IMG/VR virus record: IMGVR_UViG_2974656882_000001
Location: 64,001 to 128,000 of that record
DNA length: 64,000 bases
Reading direction: 5' to 3' (one strand)
Origin: a virus
Taxonomy: Duplodnaviria; Heunggongvirae; Uroviricota; Caudoviricetes; Straboviridae
In this document: positions 23,979-34,347 of the stretch, in pieces
How the letters are laid out: every line of letters starts with the position of its first letter
Position numbering within the stretch: the first letter of the stretch is position 1
Position numbers and translations under genes: made by a program
Notes under the pieces: generated by a model
What the model saw: only the letters and a program-made list of their open reading frames with translations
Database searches by the model: none
Told to the model about the DNA's origin: nothing

Positions 23979-26060
23979 TTAATCCAAGAACTTGTCAGGA
24001 AGTCCTTTAAGATTAATTAACGATAATAAAATTTCTGTAGCTTCGACTGAATTCGGAACAACTGCTTCATTCAGTTCTACATCATTTGTATAGAAATTTG
24101 CAAATGATGGTGAAATCTTTTCTAATTTCCCTTCAGATAAGAATAAATCGCCGTCATACAAATCTTCACTCTCATCAATTTGATCAGGTCCAACTACTAC
24201 TGTTTCCATAAGTATTGTATTGTCAACATATTCATCAGCAGTTTCACCGACAATCTTATTGATTTTTAATATTGTCCCACGAGGCAAAATGACTTCACAT
24301 TCATTAGGATATGAAGAAACCGCACCTGGCACAATGACATTAATTTTATCAGCACCTTTAATTACCAACGCAATTGATGCAGTCATACTAGTGTCACCAA
24401 CATCACCAGAAGCAATAATATTGCGTTGAGAATCCGTAAATGCAGTAGATTTTACTAAATCAGCAGAAGTGAAGGTAGTTTGGTCTTGTGCAGTAGGTTC
24501 AATGTTTGCAGTTGCATTTGCAAAGGCACCATAAATTACCGGATAAAGTGAAGTAGAAACAAAATTACGGAAATACAACGTTTTGTTGTCCATAATTGAT
24601 TTAAGCTGTCCAATAGCAACACGTTGCCCACGATACAAAATTGTGCCTTTTTCTAATGTTGTACCATTTGCAAATGCAGAATCTAACATATCAATTTTAG
24701 GCATTTCACCGTCTGATTCGCTGCGTCCTAGCAAGAATCCATTCATATCTGAATAGCTAAACCCTGTATATGCAACAATGGCATCAATTTGCTCTTTAGA
24801 ATACTGTCGAATAATATCTCTTTCTGCAGTTTTAGACGTATATGCTTCACGCATTTTGCTACCGATAGGACCTGAAAGAAGAGCAGAGATGATGCCTCTA
24901 ACAAACATGATTCTAGAATGTTTATCAATTGCGCCAAACTCTGTTGCAGAGATAAATTCAGAAATTTTTACCATCATTGATTGTAAATCTTTGATATTTG
25001 ATTCTGCAACAATATTGCCAATGCCTTTAATAACATTTGCAGTAATGACTTTACCTTCAGCCGATGACGAACTATGTCCAAGCATTTCTTTGATATTAGA
25101 CGTGATCATATCACGAACGTGTGTTATATGTTTTGCCGAAGTGAAATTTTCATCCCATGTTCTATGGTCATACTGTTTTAAGTAAGATCCTACTTCACTT
25201 AGATCAGCTTTACTAATCAATTGCTGAATTTCAGTTTTATTTCCTGTTGCTGCATAAACAGAATGTGTATTGTCATATTTTAGAACATCTGGGTCAACCT
25301 TACCGTGAGTTTTAAATTGTGAAGATGAATACATTGCAGCCATAGCTTCACGTCGGCTAATTTTTGATTTAGTAATAACCGATTGTGTAGTAATTTTACT
25401 TACAGCTGTCGAAATTGCTTGAGCTACAGCTTCAGCCTTAGAAGTTTCTTTACCTGTCTCGTTGTCAACATATACTTCGCCAACTTTAGTGTCCACACGT
25501 TTAAATCGTTCTTGATCAATTTTCCCGCCAGGGATATCAGTCAATTCGATATTTTTCTTATATGCTACTACATATGAATATTTTGCTGAATAACTAGCTA
25601 ATTCTGAAAGTACAGAAAATTTACTTTTTCCGCGAATTTGAATCAAACGTTCCATAATTCGACGAACACTTTTCTCTTGTCCTGCCATTTTCTTTGCAGG
25701 AAATCTGAACATAACTGTTTGTACCATCGGCACATTGATTGCATGATAAACTGCATCAAAAATGCTCACAAGAGTTTTGAGTGGATTTGCGCCAAGGCCG
25801 CCTTTGAGTTCGCTTAAGTTACCTTTATCGTTGAGTGTCATAATAAATGCGACAACGTTTTTGTCAGTTGGCAACAAATTGCGCAAAGTATCGCCATTTT
25901 CCTTTTGTCCCATCAAACGGACAACTAGGTTGCTGATCCCTTCGCCTTTGAGCAGAAACATTTGTGGAGTTTTTGCCTTTGGCATAAGATCAATAACGTC
26001 ATAAGTATCTTCACTTTCAAACGCTTCATTTAATTGTGATTCGGTTAACATATCTAACAT
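23979..26060 (-). CDS. alt: Alt, virion-packaged ADP-ribosyltransferase
   Basis: 693 aa; R-S-E motifs LYRGQ, FVSTS, ECEVILPRG; follows gene 54. Confidence 0.92.
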   Translation of the reverse strand: MLDMLTESQLNEAFESEDTYDVIDLMPKAKTPQMFLLKGEGISNLVVRLMGQKENGDTLRNLLPTDKNVVAFIMTLNDKGNLSELKGGLGANPLKTLVSIFDAVYHAINVPMVQTVMFRFPAKKMAGQEKSVRRIMERLIQIRGKSKFSVLSELASYSAKYSYVVAYKKNIELTDIPGGKIDQERFKRVDTKVGEVYVDNETGKETSKAEAVAQAISTAVSKITTQSVITKSKISRREAMAAMYSSSQFKTHGKVDPDVLKYDNTHSVYAATGNKTEIQQLISKADLSEVGSYLKQYDHRTWDENFTSAKHITHVRDMITSNIKEMLGHSSSSAEGKVITANVIKGIGNIVAESNIKDLQSMMVKISEFISATEFGAIDKHSRIMFVRGIISALLSGPIGSKMREAYTSKTAERDIIRQYSKEQIDAIVAYTGFSYSDMNGFLLGRSESDGEMPKIDMLDSAFANGTTLEKGTILYRGQRVAIGQLKSIMDNKTLYFRNFVSTSLYPVIYGAFANATANIEPTAQDQTTFTSADLVKSTAFTDSQRNIIASGDVGDTSMTASIALVIKGADKINVIVPGAVSSYPNECEVILPRGTILKINKIVGETADEYVDNTILMETVVVGPDQIDESEDLYDGDLFLSEGKLEKISPSFANFYTNDVELNEAVVPNSVEATEILLSLINLKGLPDKFLD

Positions 26061-26082
26061 AAGTATCTCCTAATGATTGTAT

Positions 26083-26961
26083 TTATGCCAATCTTGATGT
26101 AAAGTTCATATTTGTATCCAATTGAGTTTTTTGCAAGCCTATTGCTGAATTTTCCATCCATTCTTTTGCGGCATTCAGACTAATTGCACCGACTTGCATA
26201 GTTCTATATGCATAAGTTACATCAAATGTAGTTATTTGGTTATTATCTTCATACGATAACTGTGGACCACCTACTACCATAGGGATACATCCAGTAAACA
26301 TATATGCAGTGTGTGGATATCCGTCACGCCCGTGCAAATTGATTTGAATGTCAGCTTCTACATCAATTGGTAACCCACGAAGCCCAGTAATAGGATCTTC
26401 TACTGCATTAACCCAATCTATCATGGCACGATAGTTTGCAGACTTTGAATCCATTCTAAATGTAATTACAAGTGGCTCAAAGTCTCGGCCTGTGATTTTT
26501 ACACTTGGAGCATTATGCTGGCGATCCATTTCATAATTTAGATGATTGTCAGGTATTTTACACGATTGAACTAATAAGCCTGATGTAGGAAAGGCCATAT
26601 CAAAATATTCGAGTAAATATGTACCTACATTAAGTTCACCTAAAAGTGACTGAACTACACGATTTGTCATCGCACCCATAAGTACTTTAGATACACCTGC
26701 CTTTCGAATGACCTTTTGTGTCCCGATAGTTATGATTGAAGTGATAGCATTTTGTATATTTTCATTGGTGATTCCTAGTGCATCTAACGTAGAAGCAATA
26801 CTATCGTCTCTTCGGTTTGCAATCTGTCCAAGATACTGTTGCGACTTAGATGAAGGTCTAGTCGCAAAATGCATAGAGAACATGTTGGTCCGCTGGAAAT
26901 CATGATTTGCAATTTGACTATTAAACTCGTCTAATGTCAATGCAATAGCAGTATTTTTCAT
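26083..26961 (-). CDS. 54: Baseplate-tail tube initiator gp54
   Basis: DFQRTNMFS, P..SYE.NNQITTFDVTYAYR. Confidence 0.92.
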   Translation of the reverse strand: MKNTAIALTLDEFNSQIANHDFQRTNMFSMHFATRPSSKSQQYLGQIANRRDDSIASTLDALGITNENIQNAITSIITIGTQKVIRKAGVSKVLMGAMTNRVVQSLLGELNVGTYLLEYFDMAFPTSGLLVQSCKIPDNHLNYEMDRQHNAPSVKITGRDFEPLVITFRMDSKSANYRAMIDWVNAVEDPITGLRGLPIDVEADIQINLHGRDGYPHTAYMFTGCIPMVVGGPQLSYEDNNQITTFDVTYAYRTMQVGAISLNAAKEWMENSAIGLQKTQLDTNMNFTSRLA

Positions 26962-28049
26962 AGAACATCTTCTCCATAAATTGATGCACGGTTTTGAGTT
27001 AAGATTTCCCTGAAGGTAACTTCAAGAATGAATGTAGATGGCATATTTGGTGCAATCGATAGACCATTGAAATTCCCATCAGGGGCTTTATCAAAACGAA
27101 TACTCGATATTTGAGCCGGGCCAAATATATCTGCGATGCCGTCATACTTTGATTGAGTGCCAAAGTTTTGTATAAACCATACTGTAGGATTTGATACAAC
27201 AATCACGTTTGACAAAAACGAAGTAACCGATTCCATAAAGGTTTTCTGAGTCTTTGCTCCAACTTCTTCATTTACTTTATTGATAATTGTAGTTTTGTAC
27301 CAATCATCAATTCGTTTTTTGACGTCTTTTGCAAATTGAGAATTTCCAGTAATACCATATGAGAAAAAGTTAAAAATCTCATATATTTTAAGAATTTGTG
27401 TCAAATCCTCTGGTGTACGTGGAGTAAATTCCCAGGTGTATGTTTTTGTTCTGTTTTCTGCACCGGCATACATAGAACGTGCTGTATTATAAATTTGCTC
27501 GCCACTGTCAGCCATAATACCTTGTGTGACGGATTCAATAGCCCCAAATACGGCAGTAGATGCCATGTTCGACAGAATGCCTGTAATTGAACCATTGCCA
27601 CGTGTAACAAGCGATTCTCCTACATCATTAAACTTATGATTAGTCATATCTGAGTCGCTTTTTGAACGTGGCAACAATAAGTTTGCTACAGGTTTTTTTG
27701 CTAAATCTGATTCGGTTGATGTGGATCCACCACGGACACTCATTACTGCCGTGCTAATCTTTTCAATAGTTTTACTAATGTTATATTGTTTCTGCATAGC
27801 AGTACGCATATCTCGTAAGTTTGGTGTTACTCGTGAAGAATACTCGTATGCGGTAAACAATAATCCATTTTGATACAGTTGATCGAATTCTCTAGAATCC
27901 CCAGTGCTATCATATCCAGAAGAACGTTCAGCAGGATATTGTGCGGTTAATGTTTTTACTTGAGTCTCTTTAGACTTTTGGCTTTGGCCGGCCGAAATGA
28001 TCGACCCAGCCTTTGCCAAAAAATTAGTATCTAATTCTTTAAAATTCAT
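26958..28049 (-). CDS. 48: Baseplate tail tube cap gp48
   Basis: AQYPAERSSG, LLPRSKSD, FGPAQI..IRFDK; 363 aa. Confidence 0.92.
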   Translation of the reverse strand: MNFKELDTNFLAKAGSIISAGQSQKSKETQVKTLTAQYPAERSSGYDSTGDSREFDQLYQNGLLFTAYEYSSRVTPNLRDMRTAMQKQYNISKTIEKISTAVMSVRGGSTSTESDLAKKPVANLLLPRSKSDSDMTNHKFNDVGESLVTRGNGSITGILSNMASTAVFGAIESVTQGIMADSGEQIYNTARSMYAGAENRTKTYTWEFTPRTPEDLTQILKIYEIFNFFSYGITGNSQFAKDVKKRIDDWYKTTIINKVNEEVGAKTQKTFMESVTSFLSNVIVVSNPTVWFIQNFGTQSKYDGIADIFGPAQISSIRFDKAPDGNFNGLSIAPNMPSTFILEVTFREILTQNRASIYGEDVL

Positions 28050-28058
28050 TTTAGTACC

Positions 28059-29765
28059 TTAATTGACGCCTGTAGCTCTAAATACGCCTGGAGCTCTAGT
28101 TCCAGTTATTGGAGTTTGGACGTTATAACTCTTATTGGTTTTAACAATGTTTGTTTGAACATTAGCAGTAGATGTTGAAGCTTTGGTTTGTGCTGCAGCC
28201 TTTTGAGCTTCTGCAACTTTAATGTTCTGGACAAGTTGAGTATCTTTAGTATTAGCAGATTTATCAGGTTTAACTGCAGTATTTGTGCTAGACTTCATTT
28301 TATAATTATCTAATTGTGACTGCAATTCAGCTTTGACACTTGGGACTAGCGCTAATCCTGGACTATTAATATACTGTTGTGCTTCTTTCTTGTATTTATC
28401 GGCTTCTGCAACTTGTTTTGCGTCATTTGGATTGACGTTATCTGCAATATTTTTAAATCTTGCTATAGATTCTCTTGCTTCATTTGATGCCGCAATTGCC
28501 TTTATCTGATCTTCATGGCTTAAACCTCTACGAGCCGCTTGATCTTTCTTTTCTGCTTGGATTTGCGAATACTCATCCTTTGAAATTAAACCTAAGCTTT
28601 TTCTCCAAGAGTCTGGTAAAAATGATGTCTTACCACGTTGAGTAGGAGTGAGCCCATCCGATTTTTCACGTCTGAGTTGCTCTTCGGCTAGTTTTCTCTG
28701 ATTTTCAGGAGACAATCTATTATTTGTCATGTTTTGGTAATTTTGCAAGCCTTCAGCTTCAATAGCTTTTGCTGCTTTAGAGAACCCTAATTTATCCAAA
28801 ATAGTTGAGATTAATTTTGTAATTACTCTATCAAGTATTCCACTAAGTGTCTTGATTCCATCTATGAACGCAGTGCCTATTGCTGAAGCTAATGCAGGCC
28901 AATCGCCGGATTCCCATGCATTTCTAATGCCGGTCAAATCGCCTTTCATGCCTTCAAATGAATCTTTCATGTCAGAGAAATATGATGACCATTCTTTAAA
29001 CCCGTCCCACCATTTCGAAAAAGTTTCTGTCCACTCTTCGAATTTTTTCATGATTTTGTCGCCCCAGACCTGCCATGCAATTTTTAGCAAGTCGATACCA
29101 AGAATTATCGCAGCAATAGCTAGAGCAATCTTAGCCGCACCTACGGCTTGAGATACCGTAAATTTAAATAGCATCCCAGAAATTTTATCCGCGATACTTG
29201 TAGACTTTTTAAATCCTTCTACTATTGCACCCTTGACCGAACTTATAGCGTTTACTACTAATGCAGGCCCAGCATTAGGTGCACCATCTACTTTAGGGCC
29301 ACCTGATAATAAATCTTCTGATGGTTTTTTCTCTTTTGGAGCAATTTCAATAGGCGCAGGTGCAACTTGTTCTTTGGCTTCAGGCTTTAATTTATTTGCT
29401 AACACCTCTGATGTTGAATCTGCATTTGCAATAGGAGCGTCAGCTACAGGTATGGATGCTTCATATTTCTGCTTAAGACGATCACTTAGTATGCTAAGTT
29501 TTGATGAAATTTCAACAGCTGAATTAGCTATTTCTTGTAGTTGTTGAGTTTGATAATCCTGAAGCCCTAATGATAGTTTTGATACTTCTACTTGAGCTGA
29601 AGTATTATTTTCAATTCCTGAAATACTCGCGCTATCAATTGCCTCTGGTTCAGGCACTGTATCAAAATTCTCATCATTTGCCGGAGCGTCTTCAGAAGGC
29701 TTAGGAGCTCGTCTGAGACTGGTTTGCTCAGACGGAAGTTTATTTTGAGAAAACGTATTATTCAC
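28059..29765 (-). CDS. 29: Tape measure / hub protein gp29
   Basis: MLFKFTVSQA; hydrophobic central segment; C-terminal TPITGTRAPGVF. Confidence 0.88.
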   Translation of the reverse strand: MNNTFSQNKLPSEQTSLRRAPKPSEDAPANDENFDTVPEPEAIDSASISGIENNTSAQVEVSKLSLGLQDYQTQQLQEIANSAVEISSKLSILSDRLKQKYEASIPVADAPIANADSTSEVLANKLKPEAKEQVAPAPIEIAPKEKKPSEDLLSGGPKVDGAPNAGPALVVNAISSVKGAIVEGFKKSTSIADKISGMLFKFTVSQAVGAAKIALAIAAIILGIDLLKIAWQVWGDKIMKKFEEWTETFSKWWDGFKEWSSYFSDMKDSFEGMKGDLTGIRNAWESGDWPALASAIGTAFIDGIKTLSGILDRVITKLISTILDKLGFSKAAKAIEAEGLQNYQNMTNNRLSPENQRKLAEEQLRREKSDGLTPTQRGKTSFLPDSWRKSLGLISKDEYSQIQAEKKDQAARRGLSHEDQIKAIAASNEARESIARFKNIADNVNPNDAKQVAEADKYKKEAQQYINSPGLALVPSVKAELQSQLDNYKMKSSTNTAVKPDKSANTKDTQLVQNIKVAEAQKAAAQTKASTSTANVQTNIVKTNKSYNVQTPITGTRAPGVFRATGVN

Positions 29766-30309
29766 TTAATAGCTCCACTATTTTATACAATCCCTTTATT
29801 TCAGTACCATTAGGGCCCCTTATTGCGACTGTATTTGTTATCATTTCTCCCCATCTATGCACAAACGCCGGCATTTGCATAAAATCCGGAGTATCAATTT
29901 TCTTGCCCTTGTGCTTCACACTTACACAACATTGATTTAGAAGAATATCTAATGGCCCTTTAAGCAATTCAAACGATGGCGATCTAAATTTAAATTCATA
30001 CTCACCATAAGAAAACTTTAATTGTTGGCAAATATAAACATCATCAAGCTTATATACAAATCCATCTTTTTCAACAGATTGTTTTAATCTGCCATTGTAC
30101 TCTAATAGATGAAGTGTTAATATATCTCGTTCAGCTAAAGACAAATTAGGCTGAATATAATTTAATAACACTTTCATAGTTTCTTCATGGTTTGAAGCGT
30201 CTTTTATGAGCATTCTATGTTTTAGTCCAAGCTTAGGTACTTTTATTTGCTTACCATTAACTTCAATAACTTTAGTTTTTGGAACTAAATCTAATTTAAT
30301 ATTTCCCAT
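29758..30309 (-). CDS. 28: Baseplate hub distal subunit gp28
   Basis: KVPKLGLKH and PDFMQMPAFVHRW. Confidence 0.88.
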   Translation of the reverse strand: MGNIKLDLVPKTKVIEVNGKQIKVPKLGLKHRMLIKDASNHEETMKVLLNYIQPNLSLAERDILTLHLLEYNGRLKQSVEKDGFVYKLDDVYICQQLKFSYGEYEFKFRSPSFELLKGPLDILLNQCCVSVKHKGKKIDTPDFMQMPAFVHRWGEMITNTVAIRGPNGTEIKGLYKIVELLSE

Positions 30310-30311
30310 TT

Positions 30312-31895
30312 TTATCCTCCTGCACTATACCCATAGCGTGCTCTATATACTGTATATGTTAAATTATCACTTCTATTTGGCTGAACTCCTGATTGGATAA
30401 AATCAGAGACCCATTGTGTACCTGTGAAAATACAAACATGCCCATATTTCTGTCCAAGGCGTGTATTTGTTCTTTGGAAAACTGCGATATCGCCTTTCTT
30501 TACATTTTTTACGTTTTGACCGACTGCAATCCACCCCATTTGGACTAGACGCGGTGGCATTTCATTTGCATTCCCTAGGCCACCAGCAAAGAAATTTTCA
30601 AGTTGTGCAGCTTGGAGTGCTTTACGAACATATAACGCACATTCACCTGTGGATTTACGCCCTTGTGCGTTCTTTGTGACAACTTCGGCGAGTTTATCTA
30701 AATCCCATTGTGCACCTTTCTTGTCGGCAGATGCTTCAGGCTGAACGGTGTCTGAAGGAGGTGTAATTGTCTCAATTTCATTTTTTATTTTTTCGATATT
30801 TACTGGAACTAAATCCTTCCCGTTTGTAAAAACATAAAGATGAGTTTCAGATGAGTTGTTTGTAATAACATGAACTACTTCATCGATGTAGAATTCAGTT
30901 TTAAATTGTCCCTTCTTGTCACCGAATATGATTTTTTGGAGCGGCGTCAAAGTAAAATCACCAACAACCTTACATGTTGCATATCCATCATATTGAGCCA
31001 TTGTTAGCAATCGAAATGCTTCTTCATATCCATTACGGTATGTCATTTCCGAATATCCGCCTGAACGAGATACAACAACAGAATTAGTTCCTTCACCGAT
31101 TGAAATTCGTTGAATTTCTTTATCGTTAAATGAATGACTATACACTGTAACATTTTCTAATGGATTTCTGACATTTCTGTTAGTTTTAGCTAGCCATGTA
31201 AAGTCATAAGCCAATTGCTCTTTCATGTTTGCTATATACGCACCAATTTGTGCTGGATCACCGACTACCATGACTCTTGGCTTCTGATCAATCATGAATT
31301 TGTAATCAGAAATATTAATGCCTGTGAAATCTTCCCATACAAATGGATGAGTTTCAGATTCAACAGAAAGGCCAACTTCTCTTACATATTCGAAATAATC
31401 GGTAATCGTGCTTACCCAAGCCACTCGAGGAACATATACGTTAAGACCTTTAACTTTAGGCGCAAGCTGTGCTTTATTGTTATAAATCGATTTTATCATT
31501 GTCTCAATAGATTCAGTAGCATTAGCAAAAAATGCTCGACTAAATTTAACATCTTCGACAACATGCAATGGTCTTAAATTAAATGCAAGTATATTGTCTC
31601 CCTTTTCATCAACTGATACTGCAGTATCGTTGCAGCCATAGATACGTGTAATAACATCTTTGGAATTTGCATTTGATAGCGATATTTGAATTATTTGTTC
31701 ACCATTGAGTTTAGCATGCAAATTCTTGGAGTCATAAAACTGGAGAACTCCTTCATTGATACCATATAACCCATCTCTTAATGTGAGAGTAGTAAATGTG
31801 GCAGCTAATTCAATAAATCTATTTTCTTTCCAAGCATCATAATCTTCATATAGTTTTATGCTTACGTTAGGATACCCGGGTTTTTGCATTGTCAT
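30312..31895 (-). CDS. 27: Baseplate hub gp27 with C-terminal CHAP/NlpC-P60-like hydrolase, 527 aa
   Basis: QKPGYPNVSIKLY and SEMTYRNGYEEA match gp27; extra ~135 aa with GECALYVRKAL, GDIAVF, GHVCIF, QWVSDF. Confidence 0.9.
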   Translation of the reverse strand: MTMQKPGYPNVSIKLYEDYDAWKENRFIELAATFTTLTLRDGLYGINEGVLQFYDSKNLHAKLNGEQIIQISLSNANSKDVITRIYGCNDTAVSVDEKGDNILAFNLRPLHVVEDVKFSRAFFANATESIETMIKSIYNNKAQLAPKVKGLNVYVPRVAWVSTITDYFEYVREVGLSVESETHPFVWEDFTGINISDYKFMIDQKPRVMVVGDPAQIGAYIANMKEQLAYDFTWLAKTNRNVRNPLENVTVYSHSFNDKEIQRISIGEGTNSVVVSRSGGYSEMTYRNGYEEAFRLLTMAQYDGYATCKVVGDFTLTPLQKIIFGDKKGQFKTEFYIDEVVHVITNNSSETHLYVFTNGKDLVPVNIEKIKNEIETITPPSDTVQPEASADKKGAQWDLDKLAEVVTKNAQGRKSTGECALYVRKALQAAQLENFFAGGLGNANEMPPRLVQMGWIAVGQNVKNVKKGDIAVFQRTNTRLGQKYGHVCIFTGTQWVSDFIQSGVQPNRSDNLTYTVYRARYGYSAGG

Positions 31896-32647
31896 TGTTT
31901 ACTATCCTTTTCTATCATTGAAAGAGCAATACTTCTTTCAGCCGGCAGCATATTCATTATAGAATTCCAATCATAATTATTTTTGATCAAAATGTTGTTG
32001 ATCTCATAAAACGGAAATACTTCATCTGGATTTATTAAAAGTCTAAAAATCGATGCCAAGTCGTCAAATACTATAACATGCTTTTCACAACACGATATAT
32101 TCATTTCAAAGTGCAATGGCTTCAGCTTTTTGACGATATGCTCAAACTTTTCAAAATCTAACATCTCGATAATAGTGTCTTGAGTGTCAGTATCTAAGTC
32201 TTCCCATTTGTACTCTTCGCCGTTATATTTTACATTGTCTATATTTTCAAGAACAAGCTTTGCATTGTCAGAATAAACTTTGTCCGGAAATTTGAACTCT
32301 AATTCTGTAGTATCATCTAATTTAACTAAAGGCGCAACTAATTCATCTTGAGATAAATTAAATAATCGTTTTTGTGTTTTGCCGCAAGTCGGACACTCGA
32401 AAATAATAGGAACTTTAGTTTTGCCAACAGACCCAGTAAACACATTTAGAAATAAGTATTGTTGCCAGGATTTTGGATATTCACCGAAATAATCTTCAGC
32501 TAACTCGTTAACTATTTCTAATTGTTCTGATGCATCTTTTGTCATCATATCATTTCGAACTAATAAGAAATCTCTATAGTCAGCTACGTTAAACGGCTTG
32601 AATCGATGAATGCCATCAGGCAATCTACATCTGATAATATTAGCCAT
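31892..32647 (-). CDS. 51: Baseplate hub assembly protein gp51
   Basis: MANIIRCRLPDGIHRFKPFNVADYRDFLLVRND. Confidence 0.92.
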   Translation of the reverse strand: MANIIRCRLPDGIHRFKPFNVADYRDFLLVRNDMMTKDASEQLEIVNELAEDYFGEYPKSWQQYLFLNVFTGSVGKTKVPIIFECPTCGKTQKRLFNLSQDELVAPLVKLDDTTELEFKFPDKVYSDNAKLVLENIDNVKYNGEEYKWEDLDTDTQDTIIEMLDFEKFEHIVKKLKPLHFEMNISCCEKHVIVFDDLASIFRLLINPDEVFPFYEINNILIKNNYDWNSIMNMLPAERSIALSMIEKDSKQ

Positions 32648-32670
32648 ATAAGCCTCCTTTTTATTAAAAA

Positions 32671-32682
32671 TATTTATAAATA
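32671..32682. promoter_or_regulatory. Overlapping divergent late promoters for 51 and 26
   Basis: TATTTATAAATA contains TATAAATA on both strands. Confidence 0.8.
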
Positions 32683-32712
32683 CCTTTAATAAAACTTTTG
32701 TAGGCTAAAAAC

Positions 32713-33357
32713 ATGTTTGAAAAAACTTTTGATGTTAAATTAAACGGCCAACTTGTCAAATGTAAATCATACACGCTACACGACTACACTAAACTAATTA
32801 TTTCTAAGGATTCTCCGACATCTGATGCAATGAAATCTGTTTACACGGAAATAATTAATAAGTGTACTGGCTTAACAAACCTTCCTAAACATGATGCAGA
32901 ATTGGTTCTCATAAATCTTATTGCAAATTCTGAACATTTTGGTGAAGTCAAACAAGATTATGTCTGTGAGTGCGGACATACGCAACCAGTCAATTTAGAT
33001 GTGTCTAAAGTACAAATTGATTATGGCGAATCATCATTGGAAAAATTATACCCATTTAAAAAGTTTAAACTGGCATTTAAATGGCCTGAACTATGGGATG
33101 ACGATGACATTCCTACAATGATTGCAAAGTCTATAGAATCAATTTACGTTGGCAATGAGAAAATTTTGATTGAAGACTTAAATGAATTAGAAATTGAAGA
33201 CTTGTACAATGCAATAACAGAAGATGATATTAATTATATCAAAAAATTCTTATTAGCTCCTATGCCGGTTTTAGTAGTGCCAATAACTTGCGCACAATGC
33301 GGCAAGGCTCATGTACATGTTATTAAAGGCTTCAAAGAATTTGTCGAGATTTTATAA
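32713..33357 (+). CDS. 26: Baseplate hub subunit gp26
   Basis: CxC and CxxC motifs; synteny 51-26-25. Confidence 0.85.
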   Translation: MFEKTFDVKLNGQLVKCKSYTLHDYTKLIISKDSPTSDAMKSVYTEIINKCTGLTNLPKHDAELVLINLIANSEHFGEVKQDYVCECGHTQPVNLDVSKVQIDYGESSLEKLYPFKKFKLAFKWPELWDDDDIPTMIAKSIESIYVGNEKILIEDLNELEIEDLYNAITEDDINYIKKFLLAPMPVLVVPITCAQCGKAHVHVIKGFKEFVEIL

Positions 33358-33755
33358 TGCAAAATATTAATGACCTCTACACGGATATTTCTCCTGAACT
33401 TACTCGTGCGTGGAATATGGATGTCGCAGCGTCTGTAGGAGCAAGAGCAGTTAAAAACTCCTTATTAGGAATTATTACTACACCCAAAGGCTCTCGCCCA
33501 TTTGACCCAGAATTTGGATGTGACATCGGCAATGCTCTTTTTGAAAATATGTCGCCATTGACTGTCAACACGGTAGAAAAAAGCATAACATCAGCTATTA
33601 GAACTTATGAACCACGTATAGTTAGACTCAATGTTATGGTGCAAGCACAATATGATAATAACGCAATAATTGTTACTGTTACATTTAGTATATTAGATAA
33701 CCCTGATACCCTAGAACAAATTAAAATACAGTTAAGTGGAGATAGATCGCAGTGA
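33357..33755 (+). CDS. 25: Baseplate wedge / sheath initiator gp25
   Basis: GSRPFDPEFGC..LFE and AIRTYEPRI. Confidence 0.95.
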   Translation: MQNINDLYTDISPELTRAWNMDVAASVGARAVKNSLLGIITTPKGSRPFDPEFGCDIGNALFENMSPLTVNTVEKSITSAIRTYEPRIVRLNVMVQAQYDNNAIIVTVTFSILDNPDTLEQIKIQLSGDRSQ

Positions 33756-33794
33756 TTAAAATTTAATCATATAAATCGCCTTATTTATAAGCAT

Positions 33795-33825
33795 AAAATG
33801 CTTTACGAAATTTGTATGTTATAAT
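33795..33825 (+). promoter_or_regulatory. MotA-box-like promoter at the T4 PuvsY position
   Basis: AAAATGCTTTA, 14 nt, TATAAT; spacer one nt longer than consensus. Confidence 0.55.
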
Positions 33826-33871
33826 GGTTCTACGGTTCACCGCTCTAAATTTATCTATTTGGTCGGAGAAG
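33816..33871 (+). repeat. 56-bp direct repeat, copy 2
   Basis: Identical to 1903-1958. Confidence 0.95.
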
Positions 33872-33905
33872 ATAGAGTTTCTGATGATTTAGATGTATTA
33901 GAGTC

Positions 33906-33913
33906 TATAAATA
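33906..33913 (+). promoter_or_regulatory. Late promoter
   Basis: TATAAATA 27 nt upstream of uvsY.-2. Confidence 0.7.
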
Positions 33914-33940
33914 TATCTAATACGATATTGGAGAATAATA

Positions 33941-34108
33941 ATGGAAACACGTATTTGTTCGGTATGTAAGATGCCGATTGATGAAGCATTGGTAGTTGAG
34001 ACTGATCAAGGACCTGTCCATCCTGGACACTGCTTGCAGCATATTCAGGACTTGCCTGTTTTAGAATCTAACGATGACATTTTATTAGAAACAGAGCTAT
34101 TGCTATGA
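33941..34108 (+). CDS. uvsY.-2: UvsY.-2 homolog, 55 aa; not in the ORF track
   Basis: METRICSVCKMPIDEALVVETDQGPVHPGHC...LLETELLL; GGAG SD. Confidence 0.88.
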   Translation: METRICSVCKMPIDEALVVETDQGPVHPGHCLQHIQDLPVLESNDDILLETELLL

Positions 34109-34272
34109 AATTAGTAAAATTAATTGGAAAGATCTTTAAAATTGGAAAACCTGTGCTAACAGCACAGCAAAATGAGGTTATTAAAAAATGTGGTTGCCCT
34201 TGTCATGAACAAGGTGTTTACATATCGCATTTTGTGCCTTGTTGCAAGTACACTGATAAAAAGCTAAAATAA
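34105..34272 (+). CDS. Small cationic Cys/His-rich protein, 55 aa; not in the ORF track
   Basis: MKLVKLIGKIFKIGK...CGCPCHEQG...HFVPCC; ATGA overlap with uvsY.-2. Confidence 0.6.
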   Translation: MKLVKLIGKIFKIGKPVLTAQQNEVIKKCGCPCHEQGVYISHFVPCCKYTDKKLK

Positions 34273-34276
34273 ATCG

Positions 34277-34315
34277 CAAAGGACTATTTACTATGGTCCT
34301 TTTGTGGTATATAAT
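34277..34315 (+). promoter_or_regulatory. Terminator hairpin overlapping an early promoter
   Basis: CAAAGGAC...GTCCTTTTG around TTTACT, 17 nt, TATAAT. Confidence 0.7.
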
Positions 34316-34347
34316 GCTTCTATCTTAAGCAATATGAGTAAAATATC

